Below are positions 25,889 to 40,640 of a stretch of DNA of 64,000 nt, piece by piece. The DNA lies in assembly GCA_951406725.2 (NCBI GenBank), contig OX597823.1:44082001-44146000 (forward strand). The letters are read 5' to 3'. This DNA is from Octopus vulgaris (lineage: Eukaryota). The notes below the pieces were generated by a model that did no database searches, had not been told where the DNA came from, and worked only from the letters and a program-made list of their open reading frames with translations. How positions within the stretch are numbered: position 1 is the stretch's first letter; every line of letters begins with the position of its first letter. A program made the translations under genes and the position numbers.

Positions 25889-26542
25889 GGTAAGTTAAAA
25901 ATTATTTGCAGTTTTGCCATAACATATCATTATTATTGTCACACTGCCTTCTGCACATGCACATTTATAGTTTGTACTATTGTGGTCAGGTGTGATCGAA
26001 GTTTTAGTATGATTCACACCATTTTTTTACTTAGTTTTACAGTGTAAGCATGGCTGCTCTAGTAGCAATGTGTACCAAAGAAGAACAAAGAGCAGTGATC
26101 TGATTTCTCTGGTTAAAAAGTATGTCAGGCACTAAAATTCATCAGAGGCTTTTAGCACACTATGGGGACAGCACACTACTGTGTAAAAGTGTGTATGAGT
26201 GGATTGAGAAGTTTAAAACAGGATGCATGAACAGGGAGCAGAATGCCCATCAATCTCCACCAATGACAAGAACATTCAGCAAGCTCAAGAGAAGGTAATG
26301 GTGAACTGCTTCACCATTACCATCTCTCTGATCACTGCTCTTTGTTCTTCTTTGGTGCACATTGCTAGTGAAGCGGCCATGCTTACACTGTAAAACCAGA
26401 AATAAAAATGATGCAATCAGGCTCAAACTTCGATCATGTGACCACAATAGTACCAGCTATAAACACGTATGCACAGAAGGCTGTGTGACAATAATAAAGA
26501 TATGTTATGGCAAAAGTGCAGATAATTTTTGACTTCCCCTTT
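25885..26542 (+). mobile_element. Mariner-derived non-autonomous element with about 190-bp inverted ends
   Basis: 25885-26070 is the reverse complement of about 26350-26542. Interior encodes a mariner N-terminus (TKEEQRAVI...SVYEWIEKFK). Inserted in (TA)n. Confidence 0.85.
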
Positions 26543-26552
26543 AACATATATA

Positions 26553-27420
26553 CAGGGTGTGGTGAACAGGTTGTCGTCTAAATTACACAAAAATGAAAAT
26601 AACACTGACATCTCATTTTAACAGATATATTTACCAAAATTACTTCAAAATATCTTGAAATACTAAAGAGTACATTTATTCAATAAAATCGCCATTGGCT
26701 TCAACCACAGCCTCCAGACAACTTCAGAATCTTCTGCAACTCTTCTGGACAGTCTCCTTGTTTAAGTTGGTGAATGCTGCTATAATCCTTGCCTTCAGTT
26801 CATCTTTGGTGTTACAAAGAATTTTGTTGGTCTCTCACTTGACTGCACCCCACACATAATAATGAAGGGGTTTGTAGTCTGGGGAGTTAGGTAGCAAGAT
26901 GTTAAGAGTGATGTGGTCACAGAAATCGTCTGACAGCCATGATTGGGTTCTCCTGTTTGAGTGGCATGGTGCAGAATCCTGTTGCCAAATATATGGTCTT
27001 CCAGCAGCCACTCTCTTGGCCCAGGGCAGCACTACCTCCACCAAGCACTTGATGTAGGCCTCCATGTTGAGTATGGGGCCGTGTGGGAAGATGAATGGAG
27101 GCATAATGTCACCATCACTAGTGATCATTCCAAACATGATGTTGACTGGATGTTTGATTTTTATCACTCTCGGTACATGTTTTGGAGACATGGCAAGCCA
27201 ATAGTTGTTCTGTGTGTTCACCATCTGATCCTGACAGAAATTTTTCTCCTCTGAGAAAAACCAAAGTATGTTTGGTTGGTGGGGATGCTTGAGTTTGTTC
27301 AAAAGCTTCGTAGTACAGTCTTTCCTCTTGTCCTTGATGGCTTGGAATAAAAATTGGCTCTTTCTTATCTTGTATGAGGAATACTAAATGTCTTCATGCA
27401 CTACCTGCCTGATAAGAAAC
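26553..27420 (-). mobile_element. DD37D (maT-like) transposon remnant
   Basis: ORF 26835-27302 has 37 residues between the D of WQQD and the third catalytic position (SPDYKPL-H-Y). TIR TA|cagggtg at 26553. Confidence 0.85.
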
Positions 27421-27429
27421 TTTACTTAT

Positions 27430-27890
27430 TTTGATGCATCTTCTCAAGGACAGCAAATAGCCACAACTCCTAGTCCCTTGACATTTCCTCACTGGGGCCC
27501 AGTGCTGAAGATCCTTTCTCACCATTTTGCCCCAAACGTTCTTAGGTTTAGCCTTTCCACAGGTTCTCTCCACAATTAGAGACTGGCATTTCTTTACACA
27601 GCTGTCCTCATCCATACACATTACATGACCAAGTGAGTGCAGTCTTCTCTCTTGTGCACATCTGATGCCTCTAATATTCAGTTTTCTTTTTAAATCATTT
27701 ACACTCTGTCATTTGTACATACTGATATCACCCATCCAGCAGAGCAGACTAGCTTCATTTCTTTCAAGCCTTTGCAAGTCCTCTGTAGTCATAACCCATG
27801 TTTCACTGTTATTTAGCATAGCCATATGTACACAGGCATCATATAATCTGTCTTTCAGTCTGAGGGCGAGGCCCTTAGTTACCAACAAAC
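27430..27890 (-). mobile_element. RTE LINE 3' fragment
   Basis: GLALRLK..LYDACV...ETWV motifs. Confidence 0.75.
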
Positions 27891-27926
27891 CAACAAATGC
27901 AGAAGCTCTCTTGCTCTCTCAATATA

Positions 27927-28040
<114 letters not shown>

Positions 28041-28259
28041 ATACACACCTATATATGTATACAAGGTAAAGGTATCACAAAAGGCCTGATTGGAGGCCTG
28101 ATCTTCTCAGTCCTTTTACAAGGCTTAGAAAAACTGAATAAGTGTGAGCATCTGAGAGGGGAATATGTTGAACATAATCATAATTAACTGATCCTCCTGT
28201 ATTTTCTTTTACACAAAACTAGGAACTTTACAGAACCCTTGCATATATATCTTTACACA

Positions 28260-29420
28260 TGTTTGGGCTGGAAAGTTCATAGCCTGACTATAAAGGAGTG
28301 ATGCTAGGCCTGTGAAACCTTTCATGCATTAAGTTCAGCTCTTCTAAGTAACAAATGTATTGTTTCTTTCCAGGTAGACTGACATCTGACTGTTGAAAGA
28401 ACACTTCAAAAGTAACTAGTAGCAACTTCTCTTGAAAATGAACAATATTTGGCATTGTGGTGTTATCAAGCCCCCAACATGGATGACATGGTTGTGGTTG
28501 CCTCATTAGGGGATGATGCTCAAGCTTTATCAACAGTGCAAAAGTGGCCAGCTGAGTTTAGGAGGGGGACAGAGAGCATGAAGATAAACCAGTGTCTGAA
28601 CGTCCTGCCACTGCCACCACTGAGGAAAAGATTGATCATGTTTGCTACATGACAGGAAATTAACTATAAATCTAATAGACAATGCTATTAATATATCCCA
28701 TGAGAGAGTTGAGAATTTTCTGCATAAGGAACTTGGCATGGCAAAGGTTCCTGTTTGGTGGGTGCCATGTCCTCTGATACCTGATTAAAAGCATACTAAG
28801 CTGATCACATAGAGGGGAAATTTGACATTATTTGAGGTAGATCCTTCTGGCTTCCTTGGACGTTTTGTAAGCCAGGATGAGTGTTGGGTTCAAAGAGACA
28901 ATCCATGCAGTGGAAACACCCCTCTTCTCCCACTTCAAAAGAGGCCAAGGTCATTTCATCTGCTGAGAAGATGATGGCCTCAAGTTTTTGGGAATCAAAA
29001 GGCACAGCATTCATTGACTATCTTCAAAAGGGCCACACCATCAATGGAGAATACTATGCCAATTTGCTGAGGCACTTATAAAAGGCTACCAAGACCAAAT
29101 GCCCATGAAAGCTCATGAAAGGGGTCATATTTCGTCAGGACAATGTTCCAGTACACAAGTCGCTGGTTTCAATGGCTACCGTGCATAACCGTGGCTTTGA
29201 ACTGATTGATCACCCTCCCTATTCTCCTGATTTGGCCCCATCTGACTATCATCTGTTCCCCAACATGAAAAAACACTTGGCTGGGAACCAGAATTGCAGT
29301 GATGATGACGTGATATCTGCTGTTGATGATATTTTTGACCAAAAGGATGAAAGCTAATGGAATCCAAGCATTGCAACAGTGATGAAAGAAGTGTATGGAT
29401 CACAAGGGTTGCTATTCTTA
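28260..29420 (+). mobile_element. Degenerate mariner (DD34D) transposon
   Basis: WVP, KRQSMQWKH, HPPYSPDLAPSDYHLFP. Same family as 54808-56073. Confidence 0.9.
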
Positions 29421-29894
29421 ACAGATGAGTTTTAATGATACTAAATTATACCTGGAGTTTTCCCTTAAATATATGACTCAGTTTCCAAGTTTTATGTCAC
29501 TTCCTCTACTTTTTTTCTTTACCAGAATAAACCATGTGGACAACAAATAGCTTCATTAGTAAGGTTATAATTTTAATTTAGTAAAATCTCCTGGTTTACT
29601 ATCCTATCAGTCACAGTACATCCACATTTCATGCACCAGTTATGCCTGGGTAACTCTTATCACATATTCTTTTTAGTTATTGCACCAGTCTATGTTCCCT
29701 TGTGAACAAAACTACATCACTTTAGTCAGTCTAAGATCTAGTTATTATAGTTGGACCCTCTTCGTTGTTGAGGGCTAATAAAACTAAAACATGCCCTGTA
29801 TTATCACCATATTGTGAAAGATCAGACAAACTCCCATCTGCATTCTGTATTTAATTGAATTGAATTTATTAAAATTTAATTAATTAAAAATTAG

Positions 29895-30190
29895 CTGGCA
29901 CCACACTAAAGAGCACCCATCTGATGCCACATAAAAGAAAGCACCCAGTACAATCTGTAAAGTGGTTGGCATTAGGAACGGCATCGAGCCATAGGATCTT
30001 TCCCAAAACAAATGATTGGAACCTGGTGAAGCACTGTAGCTTGCCAGCTCCTACCAAACCTTCCAACCCATACCAGAATGGAAAATGAACGTTAAATGAT
30101 GGTGGTGGTGGTGGTGGTGGTGGTGGTGGTGGTGGTGGTGGTTGTGGTGGTGGTGGTGGTGGTGGTGGTGGTGGTGGTTGTGGTGGTGGT
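29895..30190 (+). mobile_element. RTE-tail repeat followed by (GGT)n
   Basis: gtggttggcattaggaa...ccaacccatacc...gttaaatgat, shared with 45862 and 47800. Confidence 0.7.
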
Positions 30191-31102
30191 ATGATGAAAA
30201 TTTATTGGCTTACTACATTGTGTGCTAGATTCTACACTACAACTGAATAACGAACGCACACTATAAGACAAGCAAATGCATTAATCAGATATTTATAAAA
30301 ATTAGCTACAAATTACACACACACACACACACTCATGCAAAACAAACAGAAAATGAAAACTAGGTGCTGATGTACGTGTGTGGTTAAGAAGTTTTCTTCC
30401 AAATCACATGGTTTAGGTTCAGTTCCAGTGTGTAGCACATTGAGCAAGTGTATTCTCTAAATCCCAAGCAAACCAAAGCCTTGTGAATGAATTTGGTAGA
30501 CGGAAACTGTTGTGTGCAGATATGTATGTACATCATTATTCAGTTTATATCAAATATTCTTGCCAATAGAGAAAGAACCAGTTTCTAACCTAGATTCAAG
30601 GCTCCTTCATTGGAATTTCAACATCAACAACAGGGCATTTTTGTTTGTATGTATGTATGTTTGTATGTGCAGATTTGTATGTTTTATGTATGTATTCTCA
30701 TACATATAGTTGCAAATTTAGACATGCTCATATATATTTAAATGATAAAATTCTGGAAAGTGTGTGTGTGGGGAGGAAGAGGTATCTGAGAGAACGAGGT
30801 TGTATTTTCCCTCATCACCATGTGTTCACTTGTAAAAAATGGCCTTTCTGTTCATGCAGACTGTGCTGTCTACCACAAAAACTTGTCTGGGCTTCTTGCC
30901 ATATTTTCACATATTGAACAATCTCTCTAAGCAAAGAATACAGTCGTATATCATTGTTTACTTCTAGTTTTCTGTGTAACCATGTGTGAGCTGTTTATTG
31001 TTTGAGAAACAGGAAAATTTATTGCCGTGCATGGAATTGGTATCAGAAAGGATTTCTTTCATCTGATCCACACAAACATAGAAAAGTAGACATTAAAATA
31101 CT

Positions 31103-31376
31103 GCTGTTGCTGCTGCTGTTATGATGATGATATTGATGATGATGACGACGATGATGACGACGACGATGATGACGATGGCGATGATGACGACGATGATGAC
31201 AACGACGATGATGATGACGACGACGACGATGATGACGACGACAATGATGACGACGACGATGAGGACGACGATGAGGACGACGACGATGACGACGACGATG
31301 ATGATGATGACAATGATGATGATGATGACAATAACAGCAACAACAACAATGATGACAACGACAATGATAATGATAA
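31103..31376. repeat. (GAT/GAC)n compound microsatellite
   Basis: Directly visible. Confidence 0.95.
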
Positions 31377-33916
31377 CTAACCTTCCATTTAGTCTATGAT
31401 TGTGACCCTTACCATTCAACATACATCTAAAATTCTATAGCAAAATCTAAAAACTCAAAAACTTTAGGCCTAGAATAAATCTCCAACTCACTCACACATA
31501 AAACACCAAGGTCATGAAGACATCACAGCACTCATCGACACTTCTAAAATTTCCCCAAATTTCAAAGTTGGACAAAATTAAAACAATTCTAAATTCAAAC
31601 AAAAGCACAAGTGAAATAACCCCACACTGACTCATCTCTCTCCCAGATATACTCTAAAAAACTCCAGAAAGGCTAAGCCTTAATATGATTAATCCTTGCA
31701 TCCTTCTCTCCAAATCACAGCATGGATTCTTACCTCTACACTCAATCATCTCATTTCTCAAGGACTTCCGTAGAGAGAAAAAATGAGAGCCTCACCAACA
31801 ACAAAAATCCAACACATTTCATTCTAACTACTATCAATATCAAGCAAAGCTTATGACTCCATTCTCTGAAATCCACTTCTTCTTCATCATCATTTAACAT
31901 CTATTTTCCATACTGGGATGGATGGTTTGACAGGAATTGGAGAAGCTGGAGAGCTGCACCAGGTTCCATTGTCTGTTTTCATGGTTTCTGTGGCTGGATG
32001 CCCTTCCTAACACCAACCACTTTACAGAGTGTACTGGATGCTTTTTATGTGGCACCAACACCAGCGCTTTATAAGTGGAACCAGCACAGGTGTTGTTTCA
32101 AGGGAGGAGTACATGGCAACAAGGGTTGCTAAATAGCTGGCAAGTCAAAGGCCTCTCATGTGAGAGAAGGAGGAGAACCAAAGGAAGTAGCTGTGAACTT
32201 GTTTTTCACGCCAATTTTCAGAGTGTGTGGTAACCTGCAGACCAGCTCTGCACACTCTCTTGCCAATATAATAGTCATTTTAATTATTACCACTCAACTT
32301 GGATATGAATGCTACAGAATTATTTCTTCAGTTGCGTTGGCTTGTTGTGGAACTTTATAATACCTGACCAACTTCAATTTTACTTGTACGGTGAAATAAA
32401 AGACACTATTAAATGTTTGCATGGCGATGTTATATCATTCACACACTGACTCATGTACCCACCAGACATCCCAAATTATCACACATCCTTTTTCAATGGA
32501 ACATATCAAACATCTGATTCCCATGACATAGAACTTTGGCAACCCTCTAACTTTCAGTTTCTATCCTGTGTTTTTTTTTGTTTTGTTTTTTGTCAGATAT
32601 CATTAATTACTCCCCTTTTCTCCCATTCTTTGATCTGGATCTCATTACAAGTTGTCTCATAGAAATTCCTACATCATAATTATCTATCTCCTCCCATTCC
32701 TCATTGTTGGCATTATGCACAGAAAAGAAATTTTTCAATTTCCTTCCCTTTTTTTTTTAGTTTGTCCACTATCACTTCTGTCTAATTCTTATCCTGTTGT
32801 CACTAATCGCTACTCTATGTCGAATGATACAGTACTTTGTACCAGCTTATTTTGTTGATAAGACTAGCATAAAATCTGCTTTTGACCTTTGCTATGAATA
32901 TGTCCTTAAATAATATCCTTTTTGTGGTTATTTCTGTTGATGTGATGGTAGCAGTGGTGGTGGTTATCAAGTACAGACCAAGAGTAAAAGAGAAACTAAT
33001 GAGATGGTTGAATGATCCACAAAGTCTACTCAAAGTTTTGACCTTTCACCCTTCAGTATAATGATTGTGTAATGGCTTGTAGTGATAAGCTTTTCCTGGC
33101 ATTCAAATAAATAGAAATATCATTGTCTCTTATGAAAAGTGGAAATTCTCTCTAGCATATGTGTGAATCAACACATTTCATTAATTCTCATTAACAGCCT
33201 TTACTTTTTACTAGATTCCAAATAAATTTCTTAGTTGATTTTTTTTTTTAATGGTCTAATAAAAGTGATTTTATTCCCTGCCACAGAATCTATTTTTACA
33301 AGATTTAATGTGAAGAGTGCATTCGGGAGAGAAAGAAAAAAACAGTAAAAGTACTATATGATCAGTTGTAAGCAAAGTGAAGTTTTCTTTCAAATTTTAA
33401 AAGTAAGGAGAATTTGAAAGCATCAAATGTACGACAGAAGCCATATAATAATCTACCTAGCCTATTTCCTTGTAATGCAACTTTTTCACTTATTGTGACT
33501 GGTGTCTGAAATTCATAGTTAAAACTTTAAATGTTAACATTTCCTTATTTCACCAGAGAGTATAGATGATTACTAGGTTGGTGGTTTGTATCCTACCTAA
33601 AAGCATTGTGTTGTGCCTATAACAAAGATACTGAACTTTCGACAGCCAAGACCATTTAACTCTTAGTTGGTGTTGCAAAAAAGTATGATTCCATTATAAA
33701 AATTTTCAGCCCAATAAAATTGATGAAAACTATGTAAGTTTGTTGTGCAGTGATCATTTTTTCTCACACAAAGAGTAACTCATGATAGTGTGATAAACCA
33801 TATTCTAGAGGCTGCATCAAAGATAGTTTTATAAAGTCAAAATGTGTAATTCATACCTTACTGTGTTAAAAATTTGGTACTGCACTTCAAATTTGGGTAA
33901 CTCAGTACCATAAGAT

Positions 33917-34331
33917 GAGTGGCTGATTAACCATTAGGCAAGATAAGCATGTGCTTAGGGCTTCAAGGGAAGTGGGGCATCACAGAAATGATAAATGGTT
34001 ATAAAACAAAAGAAACCACTTTAAACTTGCTTAAGTAATATTTAGGATATTTCATCTCTACTAAGTATAGAAATAGAGGTGTTATGTAAGATTGATTTGG
34101 AGAATTTGATTGAAGACTTTCCAATAAAAAAAAAGTAAGTGAAAACTTTTCAAATACAAATAAAGTAGAAGTATAAACATTATTTTCCATCTTGCTGCTA
34201 GTTTGGCTTCATTTTGAAAAATAAAAATTTATTTTATGGTCTATTATTGTTTATATTTTGAATTACATATATACGGAGGCACCAAAATCTTTTGAGAGCT
34301 TAGGGCCTCTATAGGCCTTAATCTGGCCCTG
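33917..34331 (-). mobile_element. hAT MITE (sister of 21776)
   Basis: 8-bp TSD cata(a/g)gat. Reverse-complement similarity to 21776-22173. Confidence 0.85.
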
Positions 34332-34893
34332 CATAGGATACTACAGTGAATTAAATTAGTTATACTTAATATCCCTTAAAAAAGTTTCTGTTTCACTAAA
34401 GTAAAAAAGTAATTTTGCCATGTTATTCAAGTATCACAGTATCACATTAATGACCAGACCATCAGGGGCTGTTGTACACCACTGGTCACAATGTGCTTCC
34501 AATTTTGTTTTGGTTGCTCTATTCTTTTCCATCTTGATCCAAATTACATGATTACATCATCTTCCCACTGTCATGGAGGCCTTTTCTAATCCTTTGGATG
34601 TCTCTTGGCAACTGCACAGGTCCACCTGTTGTCTGTCAACCTTGTGACATGCCTGGCCCAGCAGAACTTGTGCTTTTGGTACTCTGCAATCACATTATTC
34701 ATTCCTCTCTATTCTTGAATTATCTCATTTCAAATATGTTCTCTTAATGGTGTTCTTAGTATGGATCTTTCATGGCACTTTGTACTGTAATCAATTGATG
34801 TTATTCAAGTAAATTTATTAATTCTGTATTTTATTGCCAAATGAAATTTTCATGTTATAAATTATCTTTTCAGCAAAGGAAAAAAGAATAAAA

Positions 34894-34969
34894 ATGCTTC
34901 ATACGATACTTATTGGTTGCTTAATTTTAACACAAGTGTTGGGACAATTTTCTGAGCCCATGAATGATG
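34894..34969 (+). CDS. Coding exon 1 of a secreted or membrane ependymin/LolA-like repeat protein (signal peptide)
   Basis: Acceptor ttttcag ends at 34873. ATG at 34894 in AAAATG context encodes MLHTILIGCLILTQVLGQFSEPMND, a hydrophobic signal-peptide-like stretch with a VLG|Q cleavage-like site. Donor G|gtaagt at 34970, phase 1, matches the next exon. Confidence 0.8.
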
Positions 34970-35117
34970 GTAAGTTTTATTGAATGTATTTGTGATATCT
35001 AATAAGGATGTTATAACTTGCTGAAAACTTACTTTGAAAAATATTTTTGTACAGGAGCTTGTGGCAGTTGGAAAAATGCTAAATAATGTTTAAAAATGAT
35101 TGGGCAGAGACATTAAA

Positions 35118-35512
35118 TCTTTATATATAAAAGTGAAGTTGTGTGTCTGTCTCCTACGATTTAGATTCCTAACTACTCCCACATTTTGCAGTGCAGTTTA
35201 ACCAAAAGCGGGTATCTTATAGTCGTGATTCATATCGAGCCCTTCTGGGTATTAGCGTACGTCTACGATGAGTCTACGATTTAAAAAAAAATTTACCATC
35301 ATTTTTTCCCATTTTTAATGCATTTTTTTTGCTATTATATAAGGGATGTAACTCGCGTCTACGATGAGTCTACAATTTAAAAAAAAATTTACCATAATTT
35401 TTCCACATTTTTAATGCATTTCGCTCAGTTTATATAAGGGAAGTAACTCTCTATGAATGCTTATATAGTTACTTCCCTTACAAACCCGAGCAACGCCGGG
35501 CGATACTGCTAG
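35118..35512 (+). mobile_element. Non-autonomous Helitron with internal tandem duplication of about 97 bp
   Basis: A|TC start, cccgagcaacgccggg hairpin, CTAG|T end. Confidence 0.85.
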
Positions 35513-35819
35513 TTATATATAAAATCTAACTTATTTTATGAATAGTTTTCATCTTCCTCTTCATCACATATCTTAAAATGATAAATACAGCTAACATTCA
35601 AATCACCAAAGATTTTAATGAAAAGGCACTGGCATGGTTGTGTCATAAGAAGCTTGCTTCCCAACTACATGGTACCTTGGACAAGTATCTTCTATTATAT
35701 CCACAAGCCAACCACAGGTCTGTATGTACTGGAAAGTCCCCTCACTTCTTCCTGTGAAGTATGACACACATCACATGTAATGTGAATTATGAAATGAAAT
35801 CATTAAAATAAGGTTGGAA

Positions 35820-37960
35820 AGAATATAAACAATAAAAGATAAAGGTATTGGAAGAACTGAAACAAAGAACAATAATGATCAAGGTAAAATTAGAAAGATG
35901 ATATGACTAAAAAACAAAGCAATTTAGGCAGAGCAGACTGTTTGAAGCCAATCAGAGAAAGCTGTTTGAGGAATTAGATGGGTAATCATACCTTACATTG
36001 GTACTTGGTAGAGATGAAAGCAGGACTGTTTGGAATGGAGGGAATCTGGGATCAACCAGTAGAGCATAATGATAATGCTGAGTGGGTGCATGAAATCCAA
36101 AGTAGGTTAAGAAATATACAGAGTAAAAAAATAAATACAGGAAAGATAAAAAGAGGGCTAAGTAAAATACCAAATCAGAAGAGCCCAGGGTTGGATGGTG
36201 TCCAAGGAAACTGGATAAAGAAGCTGAGAGAGTGCCGTGAAAAGAGAGCAGAACAACTGGATACATGCTTGCAGGAAGGCTCAGTACCCAGCTGGCAGTG
36301 ACAAGGGAAAGACATTGTTATTGACAAGGAACTTGAAAAGGGTAACATTGTATCCAACTTTCAACAAAAAACATTAATCTGGAAACTACTGATTTGTGTT
36401 TCGGCTGATGAAATGTATGGATACTTTGAAAAGAGTGGGCTGCTTCTAATATTTTCTGGTATTTATATCCAGATTCAGGTTCAATTACCTCCATCATTTC
36501 ACTACTTTGCATACTTATAGCTTCTGTTTGGAAACATTTTCCTGTTTTCATCACCATCACAGAATATTTTGAAAGTTTAAACTCCATCTTGAAAAATATC
36601 CGCACAGAATGGACAACAGAGTGGGCTACTACCAACTGAACAGAAAGGGTGTTGAAAAAAGAGCTGGGAAATGAAAGATAGCACTTAATTGACAAGCTAA
36701 TCATCAGAATCTGCTCTTGATACAGATAGAGAACTACTATAGAATAACAACAGCTGGACTACATGTAATAAAGCTACACAGAAAAAAAGGAAAACACTTT
36801 TCTCTACACACAACAAGGCAACAAAACACAAGACACAAACAAACTACACTGAAACACTGATCTCAGATGACAACACAGCAAAAATGGCCAAAGAGAAAAA
36901 AAAACATTAAAACAGAACTACAAAGTATACTAAAGAACAAATAGAGAGAAAAATCACTCCATGTCTTAAGTAAAAGCTAACAAGTGAGCTAACATTGGTT
37001 CAAAAGCTCTGAGCTAAAAACCAAAACTGAAGAATTGATTCTTGCTGCACAAGACTGATGCCAGACCACAAACAACTACAAAGGAAAAATAATGCAAACA
37101 GGCCCTAAAACCAAGTGCAGAATGTGCAACCAACACAATGAGACAGATGGGTGTCTCTGGATGTCCAGTCCTTACCAAATCTGAAAATATTTACAGACAT
37201 GACCAAAGAAGTACTAAGCAATATGTGAGCAAATATGAAAGCAGCAAACATAACTTGTGCAAACACGAAAACAGCAAAAAGTCGCATTCTATTGTCAAGG
37301 AGGCTTATAAATTCGCATGGGAATTTGACATTAACCCTGAATTAGATGGAGAACCTGAAACCTCTGCCACCAAGCAAGCAAAATGAATCAAGCAAACTGC
37401 AAAAAAGAATGTGCAGAAACAAACAGGATCAGTGAAGCCAGAAGCCCCTGCATGGACAGTATATTCTTCAATGTTAAAATACTGATGTAGACCACGCAAC
37501 AACCCATCAGTGGCTGAGAAGTTCAGGACTGAAGGCAGAGACTGAAAATTTCATATTTGCAGCACAAGATCAAAGCTTGCTTACCAGAAACTACCAAGCT
37601 AACATTCTTCAAAATGGTACTAACCTTAAATGCAGATTTTTTACACATTTGATGAAGCAATAGGCCATCCCATTTCTGGATGTCCTGTGCTGACACCAAA
37701 CGAATACAAAAATTTCCACAATAGGGTAGGTCAGTATTTACATTGGAAACAGTGCAAATTCTGCACTCCCACATTCTGGTATGAACATCATCCTGAGCTA
37801 GTCGTTGAGGGTAAAAATGTCACTATCCTCTGGAGTTTTTCAGTCGATACTGACAGAGCCATCCTGGCTAATTGACCAGACATAATTATTAAAAATATAT
37901 CTAGGAATTTAACAAATTAAGTAAATATAAGGACCTGGAAATTGAAATACAAAAGTGAGA
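35820..37960 (+). mobile_element. Rearranged degenerate R4-like non-LTR retrotransposon fragments
   Basis: PNQKSPGLDGVQGNWIK, two CRxC...SGCPVL knuckle remnants, NVTILW.F...TDR, KYKDLEIEIQ. Internal inverted piece at about 36447-36600. Confidence 0.75.
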
Positions 37961-38635
37961 AACTTCCTGGAGTTGCTAATAGAGAACCCACAAAACTAAG
38001 TTTACCCTGACCACTATGGCAAGTTCCCTCTCTACATCCTCCTTCAACCTACAGGTGCATGCTTAATGTAGGCCCATTCACTCAGACCCTTCTTGCAACA
38101 TTCACCCATCTTTTAACAAAATTACTGGGAGGCAGCACTTCCCTATCAGCCCTCATTTTCCTTTTTAAGTGAAACTTAAAAAATCAATGAGAGTTTGACC
38201 AAAGAGTTAAGTGTCTATCTTCATCCCTTTCAATCTGGTCCACCACACAACCTATTTTGCTAAGGCTACCAGAAAAAGAAACACTGCACACATCTCGGGC
38301 AAGCCCAGCTGATAGCACTTTCAAACCAGCACTGCCAGGCCAAAGATTTTTGGGAATTTGTAACAGAAGTGAATTGTGTAACATTTAATTATGTACATTG
38401 TCTCAGTATAGTAGTTTCTCATATACTTTCAAACAACTTGTAAATTATTATCTAAAATGTTTTTTTATCATAAAAATGTTCTCTTGTTTTTCTGACATAT
38501 TCAGTAGTGCTCTATCAAGTACAGCACAGACCTTATATTTTATTTTCCTTTTCTAGTCACATCGATTTTTTTAATGCATTAAAAGCTAAACCCTTTGTTT
38601 TATACTGAGGTGTTCCATTTAATATTTGTTTCCAG

Positions 38636-38839
38636 ATCCACAAAAATTTAACAGCGATCTTTTTAAAAATGCTTTCCAGTCAACAGTTGAAATAAATGAT
38701 GAAAATGAAAAATTTTCAATGTTAGAACATGAATATTATGACCCTGATAATAAACGGGATGCAATAATACAATTAGTGGATAAAAACACTTCAAGGATTC
38801 TCCAATACAAAGATTTCAAACAAGTCCTATTTATATTTG
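38636..38839 (+). CDS. Coding exon 2, ependymin/LolA-like repeat protein
   Basis: ttgtttccag acceptor and G|gtaagt donor. 204 nt, phase 1/1, open: DPQKFNSDLFKNAFQSTVEINDENEKFSMLEHEYYDPDNKRDAIIQLVDKNTSRILQYKDFKQVLFIF. The E-Y-Y-D-x-x-N-K-R pattern resembles ependymin/LolA-fold proteins. Confidence 0.85.
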
Positions 38840-39215
38840 GTAAGTACATCTCTACTTTGATTTACATTATAAATGTCATGCACACTAATATTTTAATCTA
38901 ATGCTATTTCGAGTGCATATATTAATTTAATTCTGGTTTGGCGTGTTTAGCACAAATCAGTAAATGTTTTATTTGCTGACTTCTTTATCAGAACAAACAT
39001 GTCTGGCTTAGCTTAGAATGTCTCGTGCATTCATTTACTCCAATACAGTTCAAATCAGGTTGAAACACTGCATGTGGCAATCTACTGGCATTCTAAGCAA
39101 AGGTTTTTGTTTTTTAAGCTACAAATCTCTTTGAGAGGAAATATTACAACTTAGACTGTACTACAACTGTATATACATTATGATTGTTATACATACAGGT
39201 ATTTTATATGTGATT

Positions 39216-39447
39216 AAAGGCGGCGAGCTGGCAGAAACGTTAGCACGCCGGGTGAAATGCTTAGCGGTATTTCGTCTGCGTTACGTTGTGAGTTCAAATT
39301 CCGCCAAGGTTGACTTTGCCTTTCATCCTTTCGGGGTCGATAAATTAAGTACCAGTTACGCACTGGGGTCGATGTAATCGACTTAATACCTATGTCTGTA
39401 CTTGTTTGTCTCCTCTGTGTTTAGCCCCTTGTGGGTAATAAAGAAAT
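39216..39447 (+). mobile_element. Young Meta/MESC-like SINE
   Basis: Perfect 19-bp TSD aggtattttatatgtgatt at 39197-39215 and 39448-39466. CpGs retained. Confidence 0.92.
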
Positions 39448-39824
39448 AGGTATTTTATATGTGATTTAAAATACTGTATATGCATTCATTTTCATTTTTG
39501 GAGAAGACATACATATGGTGTTAGACCCAAACATGGAACTGGTTTCATGTCATGTAATGAATTGTTCAATATACTGACAGTGCTGATTTCTGTTTCCCAA
39601 TATTTGGCATTATAAAGTTTATATTCAAAAGGGGACTTTTATCAATATTTTCTCTGTATATTTTGTAACTGTTCATTCCTATGGGTATAAAGGACAACTT
39701 CTTTCAATATCTTAAGGAAATCTTTTGCAAGATATGATTCAGCTATGGCATTCTTTACTTTTCTCAAATTCTTTTAATGGTTTCATTTGTTGGACTGCAG
39801 CCATCCCAGAGCATTGCCTTATCT

Positions 39825-40640
39825 TATTTTCTATTGGTTTTGTTGTCACTTTATAATGTTGGTCTTGAGTTTGTAACAGCCAACCTTCCCTGAGTGTGTC
39901 CTTGAATGGTTGGGTGGTCTGGTATCATTGTTAAGAGTTTATCCAATGTATTTTTTAATATTTCAGAAGCAGTCCCTTTTATATTTCTGATTTCTTTAGG
40001 TGAGCAGTTAAACAGTTGAGGACCTCTAAATATCAGATTGGTAAATAGTGCTTTTGCTCATGATTCCAAAGGTAGTATATTTGGAAGCAGACAGTGTCTG
40101 CCAATTTGTGCATTAAAGTTCTCTGTAATGCTAAAGTTTTGGAACATGCCCCTCCAGGATTTTCCATATGTATATGATTGTATATCTCTTTCAATGGCAT
40201 TCAAGAGAGTAGTGATGTAAAGCTTTCAGGTATTCCCAGTAATTAAGGCTTTTAACTGAAGGTAATTTACTGATGAGCATTCTTTGTAACCCTTCAATTT
40301 CTTCGATGAGACCAGATGATTTAGGAAACCAAAGCTGTGAGCAGTGATCTACTCTGCCCAGAACTTAGGTTTTCCATAGAGTTAACATAAAACTACCAGT
40401 TTTCTTGTCATGAAGGTCTGTCTGTAGGATCCGTCCGAAGAGATGTCTGCATTTAGAAGTCAGTTTGGTGATGTGGGTGATGAAAGATGCATCATTTGAC
40501 ATGCTTACTCTGAAGTACTGTGTGTCATTAGCACTCTGAATCATCATGTTATCTGGTATCAAATATTGTGATTTGTATGTATTCCCTCTGTAATGAATAA
40601 CCTGAAATTTTGATGTATTAAATTTCATATTGTTTTTATT
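39825..40640 (-). mobile_element. Degenerate CR1/L2-like LINE 3' part
   Basis: MKFNTSKFQVIHY and RGPQLFNC remnants. Confidence 0.7.
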